Assembly (NCBI RefSeq): GCF_038025025.1
Contig: NW_027117341.1
Span: forward strand, 2,046,001 to 2,110,000
DNA from: Phyllosticta citribraziliensis
Lineage: Eukaryota
Direction: 5' to 3'
DNA: 64,000 nucleotides
Shown here: positions 12,581-23,160 of the stretch, piece after piece
Layout: each line of letters opens with the position of its first letter
Numbering within the stretch: the stretch's first letter is position 1
Program-made: the position numbers and the translations under genes
The notes under the pieces: generated by a model
Told to the model about the DNA's origin: nothing
Databases searched by the model: none
What the model saw: only the letters and a program-made list of their open reading frames with translations

Positions 12581-15500
12581 TTACTGCCCCTCCAAACCCA
12601 ACTCGGCCGCCACAGCCGCCGCCGCCATCGCACTCGTAGCGCCCTGTTGCTGCTGACACGGACGCCCGGCACCAGCACCTCCACTCCCACCACTCCCATT
12701 CCCGATCCCATTCCCACCCCCACCCCCACCCTGCCCCTGCCGCCCCAAACCCACCCCCACGCCCATACCCATCCCCTGACTCTGCCCCTGACTCTGCCCC
12801 TGCCCCTGCCCCATCCTCCCCCCACCCCCCCTACTCCCCGCGACCTCATGCTTCGCCCGACTCCGCACCGGGCTCGCCGTGCGCATGCTCTTCCAATCAT
12901 CGCCGCCGAACCCAATCGTCCACAGCTGCTCCACCTGCCGCGCCAGCGTCGCCAGACTGCTGGCGCTGGAGGCGGCGGACGCGGCGATGGCGGACGCGAG
13001 CGAGGGCGTCGTTGTGTTTGTGGCGTGCCGAGGGGGAGGGGGAGGGGGAGCGAGGGGCGGTTGCACGGCCGGGGCGAGCGTGGGCGTGTGCGTATAAGTA
13101 TGGGGATGGGCGTGGGGATGCGAGGAGCTGGGCGAAGTCGACGACGACGCAGACGCAGACGCCGCCGAGTTGGAGCGCAGGATGGGCGTCGCGACGGGTG
13201 CGGCAGACGCCGGCGACGCCGCCGCCGCCGACGCTTCGGCACCGCTGCGTACCGCTTGCACGGCACCACCAGCACCACCATCACTGCCACTCCGCCCCGC
13301 CACGACGCTCCCTAGCGTTCCCCCCATGTGCCCGATACACGAGCCCGGCCGCGGCACGGCGCCCAGCGTGGCGCTGAAGCGCGTGAAGGGCGCGCTGGTC
13401 GTGTGGCGGCGGACGGCCTGCCGCACGCGCGTGACGAGTTCCGTGTCGCGCGGCGTCAGCGGCGCGTAGGCCGGCGACGCGATGGTGCTCGTGTAGGCCA
13501 TGAGGTAGCGGGCCAGCTCGGTGCACATGTGGTATGCCGAGACGGAGAAGATGGTGGGGGCGTGGGTCGCGACCTGCGTCTGTTAGTTAGCAGAGAGAAA
13601 TTGGGAAAGGGGGAAAAACGGATTCAGGGGGCAGGGGCAGGGGCAGGTTAAGGAGTAAGACGCACCTCCGTAAAACCCGTTTTCGACATGGAGGAAAACG
13701 CTTCGACCGCGCTCTCCACGGCTTTATACGTCCACGGCGGCCGCGTCTGCGAAAAGTTGCGGTTGCGATTCACGCGCATGCGCGCGTACTGGTGCAGCAC
13801 CTGCGCCTCGCCCCTGGGCAGCGTCGGGTTGCCCAGATCCCAGAGGCTGTCGACGGGCGCCCACCAGAGGTCAGCCCACAGAGCCAGCGCGGCGTCGAGG
13901 CTCTCGCGCAGGCGAAACGCGCCCATATCGCGCGCCTCCCACGCGGCGACGGACGTGTAATTGTTGCGCAAGCGATGCGCCGTGTTGAACGTGTCGCAAA
14001 TGACGGCGAGCAAAATGTGCTGCCCAAAGACCGTCGCTAGCTCGTAGTCGGTGAAGTGCACCGTGTCGCGCGACAGCATGGCGTGGGCGGCGGCCGGGAA
14101 GTTTATTTCGACCTTGTCGTGCAGCGATAGGTTGGCCACCTCGCGGCGCCAGTCGTCCTCGGTCGGCGCCTCCCACACGCCGTCCGGGCACGGCAGCGTC
14201 ATCTCGATCTTGTCCGCCACGATGTTGATTTCCTCGTCGTAGTACAGCGTTTGCGTTATGCTGAACAGGCAGAAGGCGAAGGCTGTGCGCTTCACTTCTT
14301 CCCGCCGCCGCCAGGAGAGCCAGTTGTCGTAGCTGAGCGGGAGGAAGTGCGCTTGCAGGAAGTCGATGCGGGTCTGTGTTTGTGGTCAGGATGATGTTGT
14401 GTAGGGAGCACTTTCGAGGAGTTTGCAAGTGCTGGGCGCTGAAGAGGTCCAGACACGTTTCAGCATGTAGACACCTTGACTTGACGTACCTGAGCCAGAC
14501 AAGAGCGCTCCATGCGCGCCCACCTGCGCATGCTTTCGTCTCCATACCAAATGCCAAAATCAATCAACAGCGTGCGAGCCTGGATGTTTCGGAGCTGGTT
14601 AATGACCTGCGTGTCGTCAGACAAACCCAACTCTTGGCCGTCAAATATTCTCACACTCTTGGGCCCCTTGTCCAGCTCTTGCACAGCCAACTTATGAAGC
14701 TTCTCCGCCTTGGAGCGGTACTGGTCCAGCTCCATGGCCCCCGACATGGCCATGGCATAGTACAGCGCCGAGCTCTGCGACATGCATTCCTCCTCGCAGG
14801 TGACGTGGTGGAGGAACGGATGTCGCGGCAAGACGCCCCTTCTAAAGGCACTGACGCACCGCAACATGTCTTGCGAGCTGAGAGCCAGGTTCATCGGCGG
14901 CGGCATGGCGTGGGCCGCAAAGTCGGCGTTGGGCGCGTGGGCGAGGGCGAAGAAGGGGAGCACGTCTGCCGTCACGGCCGTCTCAAACGTCGGCATGGCG
15001 TAGTCTTGCCATGACCGCACGTTGTAGCCGTCGAATGGCAGCGTGTAGTCGGGCCAATCGTCGAGGCCATATGTCCACTCGTTGGATAGGTTGAAGGTGT
15101 CAAAGGACTGGGCCGACAGCGGATCTACCTGTAGCCTCGCGTCGGTGCCATGACCGTTGGACACTTGGACTCCCGGCAGATTTGTCAAGATATCCTGAGC
15201 CAAGGACTCGGACTGGTGGAGCGGAGGATGAGAGGCATCTGGGCTCGTGGTGGAGCCCTCGGCGCTGTCCTCTCCGGACCACGACGCGTGGCCGCCAGCC
15301 TGCTGTATAGGGCCGTGGGGTATAGGACCACGGCGGGGCTTTCGGCGGCGCTTCAGGGAATTCGGCTGGTGGACGAGCTTGTGCCGCTGGAGGACGTCCT
15401 TGCGGTGGAAGCGCATGCCACAGCCATTGTGGTCACACAGGAAGCGTGGGAAGCCGTGGCTGAGCTCGTGGCGGCGGAGGTGGTCCTCGCGTTTGAACGA

Positions 15501-15602
15501 GTCGGAGCAGTGCCTGCACCGGTACCAGGCGGACTGCGAAGCCGAAAGCTGAGCGGCGTCGCTGCCAGCTTGGGCTTGTGGACCTGGCATGGCTGATGAC
15601 AT
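12581..15602 (-). CDS. C2H2 zinc-finger transcription factor with fungal-specific TF middle-homology region (~937 aa); exons 15602-14490, 14373-13666, 13573-12581
   Basis: Two fingers CRHC..F.REDHLRRHELSH and CDHNGC..FHRKDVLQRHKLVH, then PFLHH, WRRREEVKRT, LPCPDGVWEA. Introns 14374-14489 and 13574-13665 restore frame. Low-complexity Ala/Ser/Gly tail. Confidence 0.85.
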
Positions 15603-17079
15603 AACGAGGGATTTCTGGCCGGCATGTAACCGCGGGGCATGGAGACGAGGCGACGAGCGGTGCCGTATCCCATTCTCCTAGCCGCGACCCATCCTGCGAC
15701 ACGGACCCGCGGGTGCTTATTCATGGCGGAGCTAATTCCTGCCGCTCGCACTGGGCGACGCGGCGCTGGTGAGAAGCGCTCCCCAGGCATTGAAGACGAG
15801 GTGTCAAAACTCGTCGAAAAACCACCTGGGGGGACGGCCTCTATATAGCACCCTTCGTGCTCCACTTGCCACATGGGGTGCAAACGCCGCGTGTGCGCCG
15901 TGTGCCACCAAGCCTTGCGCAGATGACTACGGCGGGGGATCCAAAGGCGGTCTTACGCCTCCAAGAGCCGCCTGCCCTGAGACCTGACACACGGCCCAAT
16001 CACTGCAAGCGTGCGCGCCAAGGGCTAGTCAGGCGAAGCAGCGAAACCACATCTCACCTCCGCCGTTGGCTCTCTCGCGCGTGGATAGTTGGATGAAACG
16101 CCAGACTCGGGACCCAAGACGGCAAGCAGACCGCGGCGCCGGATTCTGGGCTGAAGCTCCGACGCCTGTGCCAGTGACGGTCAACATGGTTCCTCCCGAG
16201 CGAGAAAATGCCCGAGCTGGTGCTGAGAATGCTGACCCAGCGTTGACAAACGCGGCGCCGGCACCCGGTGTCAGGATACTGATTCGGAGGCAGGACGATC
16301 TTGCAGAGAGGTGTTACGGTGGGGGACGCGATTACTTTTTGCTGTCGGCATGGTCTGAATGTTAAACGAGTACGAGGAAGTTTGATAGTGAAACCGAGAC
16401 GCTCGAAAGTTCTGCCGCGAGGTACGTTGTTGTTTGCGAGTGCGAGGCCGGCGGAGGTACGAGGTATTTGGAGATTTGCGGCGGTCCGACTGGCTGAGGC
16501 ACGAGCCAAGCGCTGGGCCACAAAGCCAAACGCCTGTCCAGTGTCGATGGCGGGTGCAAAAGTGCCGACTGCTGTGAAGCGCAGAAAGATGGAAATGCGA
16601 GATGAGTTGGTGTGCGCGACCTGAGCAGCACCAAAGGGGCTAGTGGATCGCCGGAAACGTTGGAGCCGAGCGATAAGCTTAAAGTTTAGCGGCCGCATCC
16701 ACTCGACTCGACTCCGTAACTGAGGAAATTTCTTCCGCTCGCTCTTGGACGGACTCCGGCCCCGGCCCCGACTTCCTGCTTCTCCGCCGACTTTCCTCCC
16801 GTCCCGTCCTGTCCGTGTCTCGGTCATTGTTGCTCGACGTCCTGTGGTGGGTGAGAATCCCGTCTGCTTGCTTTGAGACGCTGCTGATTGGTTCCAGCTT
16901 CTACCTTTCTTCTCCGCTACCATGGTCCTTTCAAGAATTTTCTGAGCTTGCTTTCTTTGTCTATTTTCATCTATTATCCTTCTTCTGTGCCACTATTACC
17001 ACATCTCTATCCCTTGCCCCATCCGGAAATTTCTCCCTCCCCGGCCTCCGACTCTGACCGACCCCCGACACGTCTCGAC

Positions 17080-19659
17080 ATGGCCAAAGACGATGCCTGC
17101 CATGCCCCGCGGATCCTGTTCCTTGATGCCTATGATTCGTTTGCCAACAACATCGTGGCTCTCCTGCGTCAGACCATCCAGGCTGACGTAACGACCATCC
17201 ACATTGACGACCCGCGCTTCCTGGGCCAAGACGCTTCCAAATTCGCCGGCTTTGTTTCTGGCTACGATGCCGTCGTTGCAGGCCCAGGCCCCGGAACCGC
17301 CACTAATCCAGACGACGTAGGTCTCATCTCGCGCTTGTGGAGCTTGCCTTTGACCCAGCAAGAACTGCCTGTCCTTGGCATCTGTCTGGGCTTCCAAAGT
17401 CTGGCCTACGCATACGGAGCTGCTGTAGAAAAATTGCCGGAGCCACGTCACGGCATCATCACTCGGGTGCAACACCGGCAAAGCTCCATTTTTACCGACG
17501 TCGGCGACGTACACGCTACGCAGTACCATTCACTCCAGGTCAAGCTTCACTCGGACGGGCAACATTCCCCCGACCCCAAGTCTGGAACTGGCTTGTGGAA
17601 TCCGAGCCAGCAATGCCCAAAGCTCCGGCCCATAGCCTGGGATCTCGACAGCGCGGCAAACGGCCCCGTGTTGATGGGCGTCGAGCACATAGTCCATCCC
17701 TTTTGGGGAGTCCAGTACCACCCCGAGTCCATCTGCACAAACCCAGCCGGCGCCCGCATCATCCGAAACTGGTGGAATCAGGCCAGATCGTGGCTCGACG
17801 GCAGGCCGGCGAGGACTGCAAATCCGTACTCCACGGGCGTCTGGGTCGGCAGCGGTGCTTCCATAACGCAGTCTCTCCGCCCCGCTCCGAACGGCCAAAA
17901 TCCCCCGCAGTGGGATGCTGTCCACTCAAATCTGCTTCGACGGCGATTAGTGAACAAACCGCAAAGCGTCGTGCACTACGAGCGATTCGCGGCCACTACC
18001 TGCGATGTCAAGGAAATCAGCTCGCTCCTTGGATTGCCGCGGGGAGAGACCATTATCCTCGAGTCTGGCTTCAATTCCAAAAAAGAACCAATCAGAGCCG
18101 AGACGGGCTCCAACTCCATCCTCTGCTGTCTCAATCCAGACGGATCAAATTTACGACTGGAATACTACGTCGAGGACAAACGACTGCAGCTGTGGAGTGC
18201 AAACGAGCTCCTGCTCGACGAGACCAACGTGGATGTCTGGTCCTACCTCAAGGACCTCTCGGAGCGCTGCCGCACACACAATGGCCCGCTCGGCGTTCCC
18301 TTTTGGGGCGGACTTGCCGGCATCATCAGCTACGAAGCTGGACTGGAGACGATCGACGTCCACTCCAAGGGAGCAAGTGTCGGAGGTGGAGGGGCACGCC
18401 GGCCAGACATTCTGTTCGCGTTCGTCTTGCGGAGTATCGTGATTAATCACGTCGAACAGACCGTTCACGTCCAGAGCATCGAGGGGAGTGACGAGTGGGT
18501 GCAAGACACGGCGAGGAGGCTCAGGTCTGCGTTGACGGCTCCCATCGACTCGCGCTTTACCGACAAGTGCTCCAAGATGGCGGCACTCAAAGACGCAGAC
18601 TCCCGTTCACAGCTCCACCATTCCAACTGCCACGACAAAACCAGGAACGGGAATAGCACCATCGCTTCACCCACACCCTCCACTAAACCCGCCCCCTCTC
18701 GCACCTCACTGGCCCACCTCCTCCGCCGCTCGCACACCACAACGCCCACCCGCTCCTCGTACACCGCCAAAGTCGCCACCTGCCACGACCACATCCGCGC
18801 CGGCAACTCGTACGAGCTCTGCCTCACAGCGCCAACATCAGTGCGCCTCCCACGGTCCCCACACTCCCCGCACGCCCTGCCCTGGCACCTGTACACGCGC
18901 CTGCGCCGCCTCAACCCGGCGCCCTTCAGCGCCTACATCCGGCTCGCCGGCGCGACCGTCGTCAGCAGCAGCCCGGAGCGCTTCCTCAGCTGGACGCGCA
19001 GCGGGCGGTGCCAGTTCCGGCCCATCAAGGGCACGGTGCCGAAGACGCAGACGCCGGACCGCGCCGAGGCGGAGCGCGTGCTCAGCTCGGCCAAGGAGCG
19101 CGCCGAGAACCTCATGATTGTCGACCTGGTGCGGCACGACCTGCACGGCGTGGCGGGCGCGGGCAACGTGTGGGTCAGCAAGCTGATGGGCGTCGAGGAG
19201 TACGAGACGGTGTGGCAGTTGGTCAGTGTGGTTGAGGGGCAGCTGCCGGGGAATGAAGTGAAGGGCGATGGCAACGGCATCGCCCTCCTGTCCGCCTCCC
19301 TGCCGCCGGGCTCCATGACCGGCGCCCCCAAGAAGCGCAGCTGCGAGCTGCTGCGCGCCCTCGAAGCGCGCGTCCCCCGCGGCGTCTACTCCGGCGTCAT
19401 GGGCTACCTGGACGTCGGCGGCGGCGGCGACTTTGCCGTCGTGATCCGTACGGCGTTTCGCTGGGACGACGACGACGACGACGGGAGGAGGAGCAGCGCC
19501 AACGGGGAAGATGAGGCGTACGAAACCTGGACCGTCGGCGCCGGCGGCGCCGTGACGGCGCAGAGCGACCCGCACGCCGAGTACGACGAGATGCGCGTCA
19601 AGCTGGACAGCATCATGCGGGTTTTCGATGGGGGTGTTGTCGTTGTTGACGACGAGTAG
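17080..19659 (+). CDS. ABZ1: Aminodeoxychorismate (para-aminobenzoate) synthase, fused GATase and chorismate-binding domains
   Basis: DAYDSF, GPGPG, GICLGFQ, GVQYHPES (class I GATase); SYELCLT, SSPERFL, PIKGT, KERAENLMIVDLVRHDL, PPGSMTGAPK. First ATG at 17080. Confidence 0.95.
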   Translation: MAKDDACHAPRILFLDAYDSFANNIVALLRQTIQADVTTIHIDDPRFLGQDASKFAGFVSGYDAVVAGPGPGTATNPDDVGLISRLWSLPLTQQELPVLGICLGFQSLAYAYGAAVEKLPEPRHGIITRVQHRQSSIFTDVGDVHATQYHSLQVKLHSDGQHSPDPKSGTGLWNPSQQCPKLRPIAWDLDSAANGPVLMGVEHIVHPFWGVQYHPESICTNPAGARIIRNWWNQARSWLDGRPARTANPYSTGVWVGSGASITQSLRPAPNGQNPPQWDAVHSNLLRRRLVNKPQSVVHYERFAATTCDVKEISSLLGLPRGETIILESGFNSKKEPIRAETGSNSILCCLNPDGSNLRLEYYVEDKRLQLWSANELLLDETNVDVWSYLKDLSERCRTHNGPLGVPFWGGLAGIISYEAGLETIDVHSKGASVGGGGARRPDILFAFVLRSIVINHVEQTVHVQSIEGSDEWVQDTARRLRSALTAPIDSRFTDKCSKMAALKDADSRSQLHHSNCHDKTRNGNSTIASPTPSTKPAPSRTSLAHLLRRSHTTTPTRSSYTAKVATCHDHIRAGNSYELCLTAPTSVRLPRSPHSPHALPWHLYTRLRRLNPAPFSAYIRLAGATVVSSSPERFLSWTRSGRCQFRPIKGTVPKTQTPDRAEAERVLSSAKERAENLMIVDLVRHDLHGVAGAGNVWVSKLMGVEEYETVWQLVSVVEGQLPGNEVKGDGNGIALLSASLPPGSMTGAPKKRSCELLRALEARVPRGVYSGVMGYLDVGGGGDFAVVIRTAFRWDDDDDDGRRSSANGEDEAYETWTVGAGGAVTAQSDPHAEYDEMRVKLDSIMRVFDGGVVVVDDE

Positions 19660-20098
19660 GTAGGCATCGAGTGGGTCTGAGGAGATGTGCTGGTGTGGGT
19701 TTGTAGACAGAGCGGCGTCTTCAACACTACTTTTTGGCATTTACAGTGGATGGCGTTCTGGATTTGTAGGTGAGAGGAAGCAGAAGGAGAAGAGGAGGAG
19801 GTGGAGCAGCGATGCTCGCGCGGGATGGATGGATGGATGTGTTTTCAACGAACACGCCGCCGCTGCTGATAGCTACGTTAGACATAGATGGCGGAGGCAT
19901 GTGGTATTGGTAGACTTCAATGCACACCTCATACATGGTAGAGCAATCAAGCTCGATACCGTTTTCAAGAACTCATATCGCGTCAAACGCAACATGGAGA
20001 AATTCCTCTGTATGGTTAGAGAGCTCAGGCATGTAGCCCGCCCTCACGCAGCACCGCATGTGTATAACCCAACGCCGCCACCTCAACACCAACATAAA

Positions 20099-20284
20099 TC
20101 CGTCGTGGTGCAGTGGTCCAGCACGCCAATCTCAACACGACGGCCCCCCTGGGTCCACCGCGGCTCCCGCCGCTCACAGTAAATAGGCTCCCGCCGCTGT
20201 GTGGCTGATTGTCTGGCCGGTGGCCACCAGGGTGGTCCGTTACGGATCAGACTGGAGACCCGAGTTCGATTCTCGGCGATGGAG
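20099..20284 (+). ncRNA. tRNA-like Pol III element (Glu/Asp-type body) with a ~110-nt hairpin in place of a normal anticodon loop; identity undetermined
   Basis: Acceptor stem TCCGTCG/CGATGGA plus discriminator G; D arm GTGC-AGTGGTCCA-GCAC (A box); T arm CCGAG-TTCGATT-CTCGG (B box); 4-nt variable loop AGAC; T5 run at 20290-20294. Confidence 0.75.
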
Positions 20285-20373
20285 TGTTCTTTTTGCTTCA
20301 TCCTTTTTGCTTCATCTTTTTGACTTGATTAGTATACTGTGTGTGCTATCCACCTATCTAGCTGGCTACTCAC

Positions 20374-22599
20374 TCACTCGCGCACAGGAATGACCCACGC
20401 CCCCTCCTCGCCCTCCAGCTCGTCGCTGTCCCACCCGTCCTCCTCGTCCGCAACCACCATGCGCAGGAAGCGCTGGAGGCCGTGGCCTTGCGCTACCCCT
20501 ACCCCTACCCCTCTCTCTCCAGCTACCCCTCTCCCTTGCCCTACGTCGTGCGCCCCGCCGTCGTCGACACCACCGCCTGCATGCCCGCGTCCCCCCTCGG
20601 CTGCGCGACGATGAGGGGCGCCGTTGCGATTTTGTTGGTTTTGTTGGTTTTGTTGGTTTTGGTTTTGTTGTCGCCGCCGCGCGCCGTTCTGATTCCCGTT
20701 GCCAAAGTGCTGTTGGTTGGGATTGCGGTTTTGGTGGCGGTTACGTTGTCGAACCTGGTTTGCTCCTGCTGCTGCTGCTGCTGCTGCTGCCGGTGCACCG
20801 CGAGCAGGGAGATGATGGTCAGGAGGCAGGTTTGCGTGGTTGATGTGAGGCATGACGGGGATGGGGTTGAAGTTAGGGATGGGATTTGCGAAGGGCAGTA
20901 TAGGGGGACCGGCGCGCGGCGGGCCGCGGGGAAGCTCGCGCTGCTGCTCTTCTGCTAGGCGCAGCGCGTCGAGGCCGATGACGAGCTGCAGTTCGGGCAG
21001 GGGAGCGGGGGCGGGAGGGTGAGGGTTGCGTTGGGCGTGTGGGGGGTGATTCGCGGGCAACGGATGTCGGCCATCCGCCACAAGAGCGTCCTCTTCAGCC
21101 TGCAACTCTCTAGCGGCGTCCTCGTCCGCCGCGACTAGGACATCAGCCTCCCACCCCCTGACGCCGCCCGCAAAGACGCCCCTACCATCCGGGTTCGCCT
21201 CGGGCCCCTCGTCGCCCTCCTCCAGCTCCCACAGCCGCATGTAGCACGGCGCGCCCTCGGTGTTGAAGTGCTGGTAGGGATTCTCTGGCTCCAGCCAGTG
21301 GCTGCACAGGTAGCAGAAGTGCGTGCGGCACTGGAAGCACACCATGTGGTTGCAGCCGTGCGTCTTCTGGCACGGGCTCTGGCACGTCGGGCACGGGCTG
21401 GTGTGCTGCCGCAGCCAGTTGTACGAGGCTTGCTCTTCTTCCGACAGCTCTTTGGCGTTGCGCGGGTAGCACCGCACGTATTCGCCGTGCCAGCCCGCCA
21501 GGCACACGCGGCAGAAGGCGTACTCGCACTTTTCGCACACGGTGAGGCGGGATGCGCGTTCCTTGACTGACTGCTCGTCCTTATTTCGCGCGTTGTCCTC
21601 GCCGTCTGACTCACTATCTGAATCAGGAACTTGGGTCAAGTCAGTGATCTTGGGGTGTTTGCTCGAGCGCGCAAAGCCCTGGCACCAGCTGCGCGGGCAA
21701 TAAATGGTATCCTTGTCCGACTCAATCTTCTTTTTGCGCTTGAGCTCCGCGTACCGCTGAACCACGCTCTTCTCAATGGGAATCTGCAGGAGCTCCGACG
21801 GGTTGAGCGTGCGGTCCTTTTTCCTGGCGGCCGCGTCGCCGTCCTTGCCACAGCCCGGGTCGATGCAGCGGACGCTCGCGACGTCGCCCTCGGCGATGCA
21901 ATTGTTGTAAAAGTCGCGCAGGCAGCCGACGCAAAAGACGTGCCCGCAGCGCCGCAGGCGGTAGCAGGCGCTGCCCTTCTTCGGCTCCAGGCAGACGCCG
22001 CAGTCGAACGTCTCCTGCTCGAACCGGCGCCGCTTGGCCTGCATGTCGAAGTCCAGCAGCTCGATCTCGAGCGCGGCCGGCATTTCCAGCACGTCCTTGG
22101 CGCTGTCGTCGACCAGGCCGAAGCTCTTTTCCGCCGCCTGCTGCAGGAAGTCGATGTATGCGAAGACGACCTGCCCGCGCCCGTATTCTTCCCAGAGCGC
22201 CTCGCCCTGGTCGACCAGCTGCCTCAGCACGTGTTCCGGGACCCAATTTGCCGTTGCCTCGATGGTGAAGTGAGGCGGCTTCTCCGCCGGATAGCCCTCT
22301 GGCAGCGCTATCTGCAGTCTGAGAGGCGGCAGATACGACAGGCGGTGTACCTCTCGCGCGGCAGTCCGACCAGGCAGCCCATTCTTGTCTGTTGCACCCT
22401 CATTGTCCGATGTAGGCGGCGTGGGGAGATTCTGCGGCGGCGTGCCGTCGAGCGCAGGGAACGCAATGGCGAGCGGCGACAGCGGCGCGACGGGCAGGTC
22501 GATGGACGCGGCAAACGGGTCGTCTGGGTTGATGGCGAGTTCGGGGAAGATGGCGGTGATGGAGGAAAGCTCCTCCTCGCGCTCGTTTTGGTCGGCCAT
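20374..22599 (-). CDS. ITT1: RWD-domain RBR E3 ubiquitin ligase (Itt1/RNF14 family)
   Basis: N-terminal RWD (REEELSSITAIFP, LPEGYP); RING1 CGVC..CGHVFCVGC; IBR CPRSWC..CEKC..FCRVC..WH; RING2 CPTC..KTHGCNHMVC..C.HFCYLC. Confidence 0.88.
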   Translation of the reverse strand: MADQNEREEELSSITAIFPELAINPDDPFAASIDLPVAPLSPLAIAFPALDGTPPQNLPTPPTSDNEGATDKNGLPGRTAAREVHRLSYLPPLRLQIALPEGYPAEKPPHFTIEATANWVPEHVLRQLVDQGEALWEEYGRGQVVFAYIDFLQQAAEKSFGLVDDSAKDVLEMPAALEIELLDFDMQAKRRRFEQETFDCGVCLEPKKGSACYRLRRCGHVFCVGCLRDFYNNCIAEGDVASVRCIDPGCGKDGDAAARKKDRTLNPSELLQIPIEKSVVQRYAELKRKKKIESDKDTIYCPRSWCQGFARSSKHPKITDLTQVPDSDSESDGEDNARNKDEQSVKERASRLTVCEKCEYAFCRVCLAGWHGEYVRCYPRNAKELSEEEQASYNWLRQHTSPCPTCQSPCQKTHGCNHMVCFQCRTHFCYLCSHWLEPENPYQHFNTEGAPCYMRLWELEEGDEGPEANPDGRGVFAGGVRGWEADVLVAADEDAARELQAEEDALVADGRHPLPANHPPHAQRNPHPPAPAPLPELQLVIGLDALRLAEEQQRELPRGPPRAGPPILPFANPIPNFNPIPVMPHINHANLPPDHHLPARGAPAAAAAAAAGANQVRQRNRHQNRNPNQQHFGNGNQNGARRRQQNQNQQNQQNQQNRNGAPHRRAAEGGRGHAGGGVDDGGAHDVGQGRGVAGERGVGVGVAQGHGLQRFLRMVVADEEDGWDSDELEGEEGAWVIPVRE
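20630..20790. repeat. Coding microsatellites in ITT1: (TTGTTGGTT)n Gln/Asn tract and (TGC)n poly-Ala
   Basis: Read directly at about 20631-20670 and 20767-20790. Confidence 0.85.
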
Positions 22600-23160
22600 G
22601 GGCGGAGCGAGTATGACTCTGCAGCGATGGTTCGCGGTCGATAGGACGGAGTAGGTGTAGTTGTGGCGGGATGGATTAGATGGCGAGTGGGGGTCAAAGG
22701 ACGGTGTTGGTGACGGTGGACGACATGGTCAAATGTTGTCCTGGCGTAGCGAAGATGAGTCTGGTACAGGTATGTAGTGAAGCGGAGTGATAATATATTC
22801 TTGGGGCCAAGGGTGAGGTGTTGGGACAGTTGAGGTTTACACTGGTCGAGTCATATCAAACAGACTGGGACACCGGGGAGGGCGGACTTGTGGCGCGGGA
22901 TCGCCCCTCGTCCGAGGGTCCACCACTCGTATTATTCTGCCGAACACCCGCCACCGCTAACTCGACCGCCCAGCAGTACTCCTTCCCCATAGGCGTGATA
23001 AAGTCACAGAACATGAGAATCTTGGATTGAAATACGAGAATTGTATTGAAAGCTAGGAGAGCAACCCGGATTCGCTGGACTACTGAGTGGTATCTTACAT
23101 CTTGTGCCTTTTCCCATTGAGCAAGTAACACGCCGTAAAGAACATCAACGCTGCTCCCAT

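Noticed and set aside
16054..16923. 289-aa minus-strand ORF between the transcription factor and ABZ1
   Set aside because: No recognisable motif or coding-like composition; lies in a GC-rich divergent promoter/UTR region.
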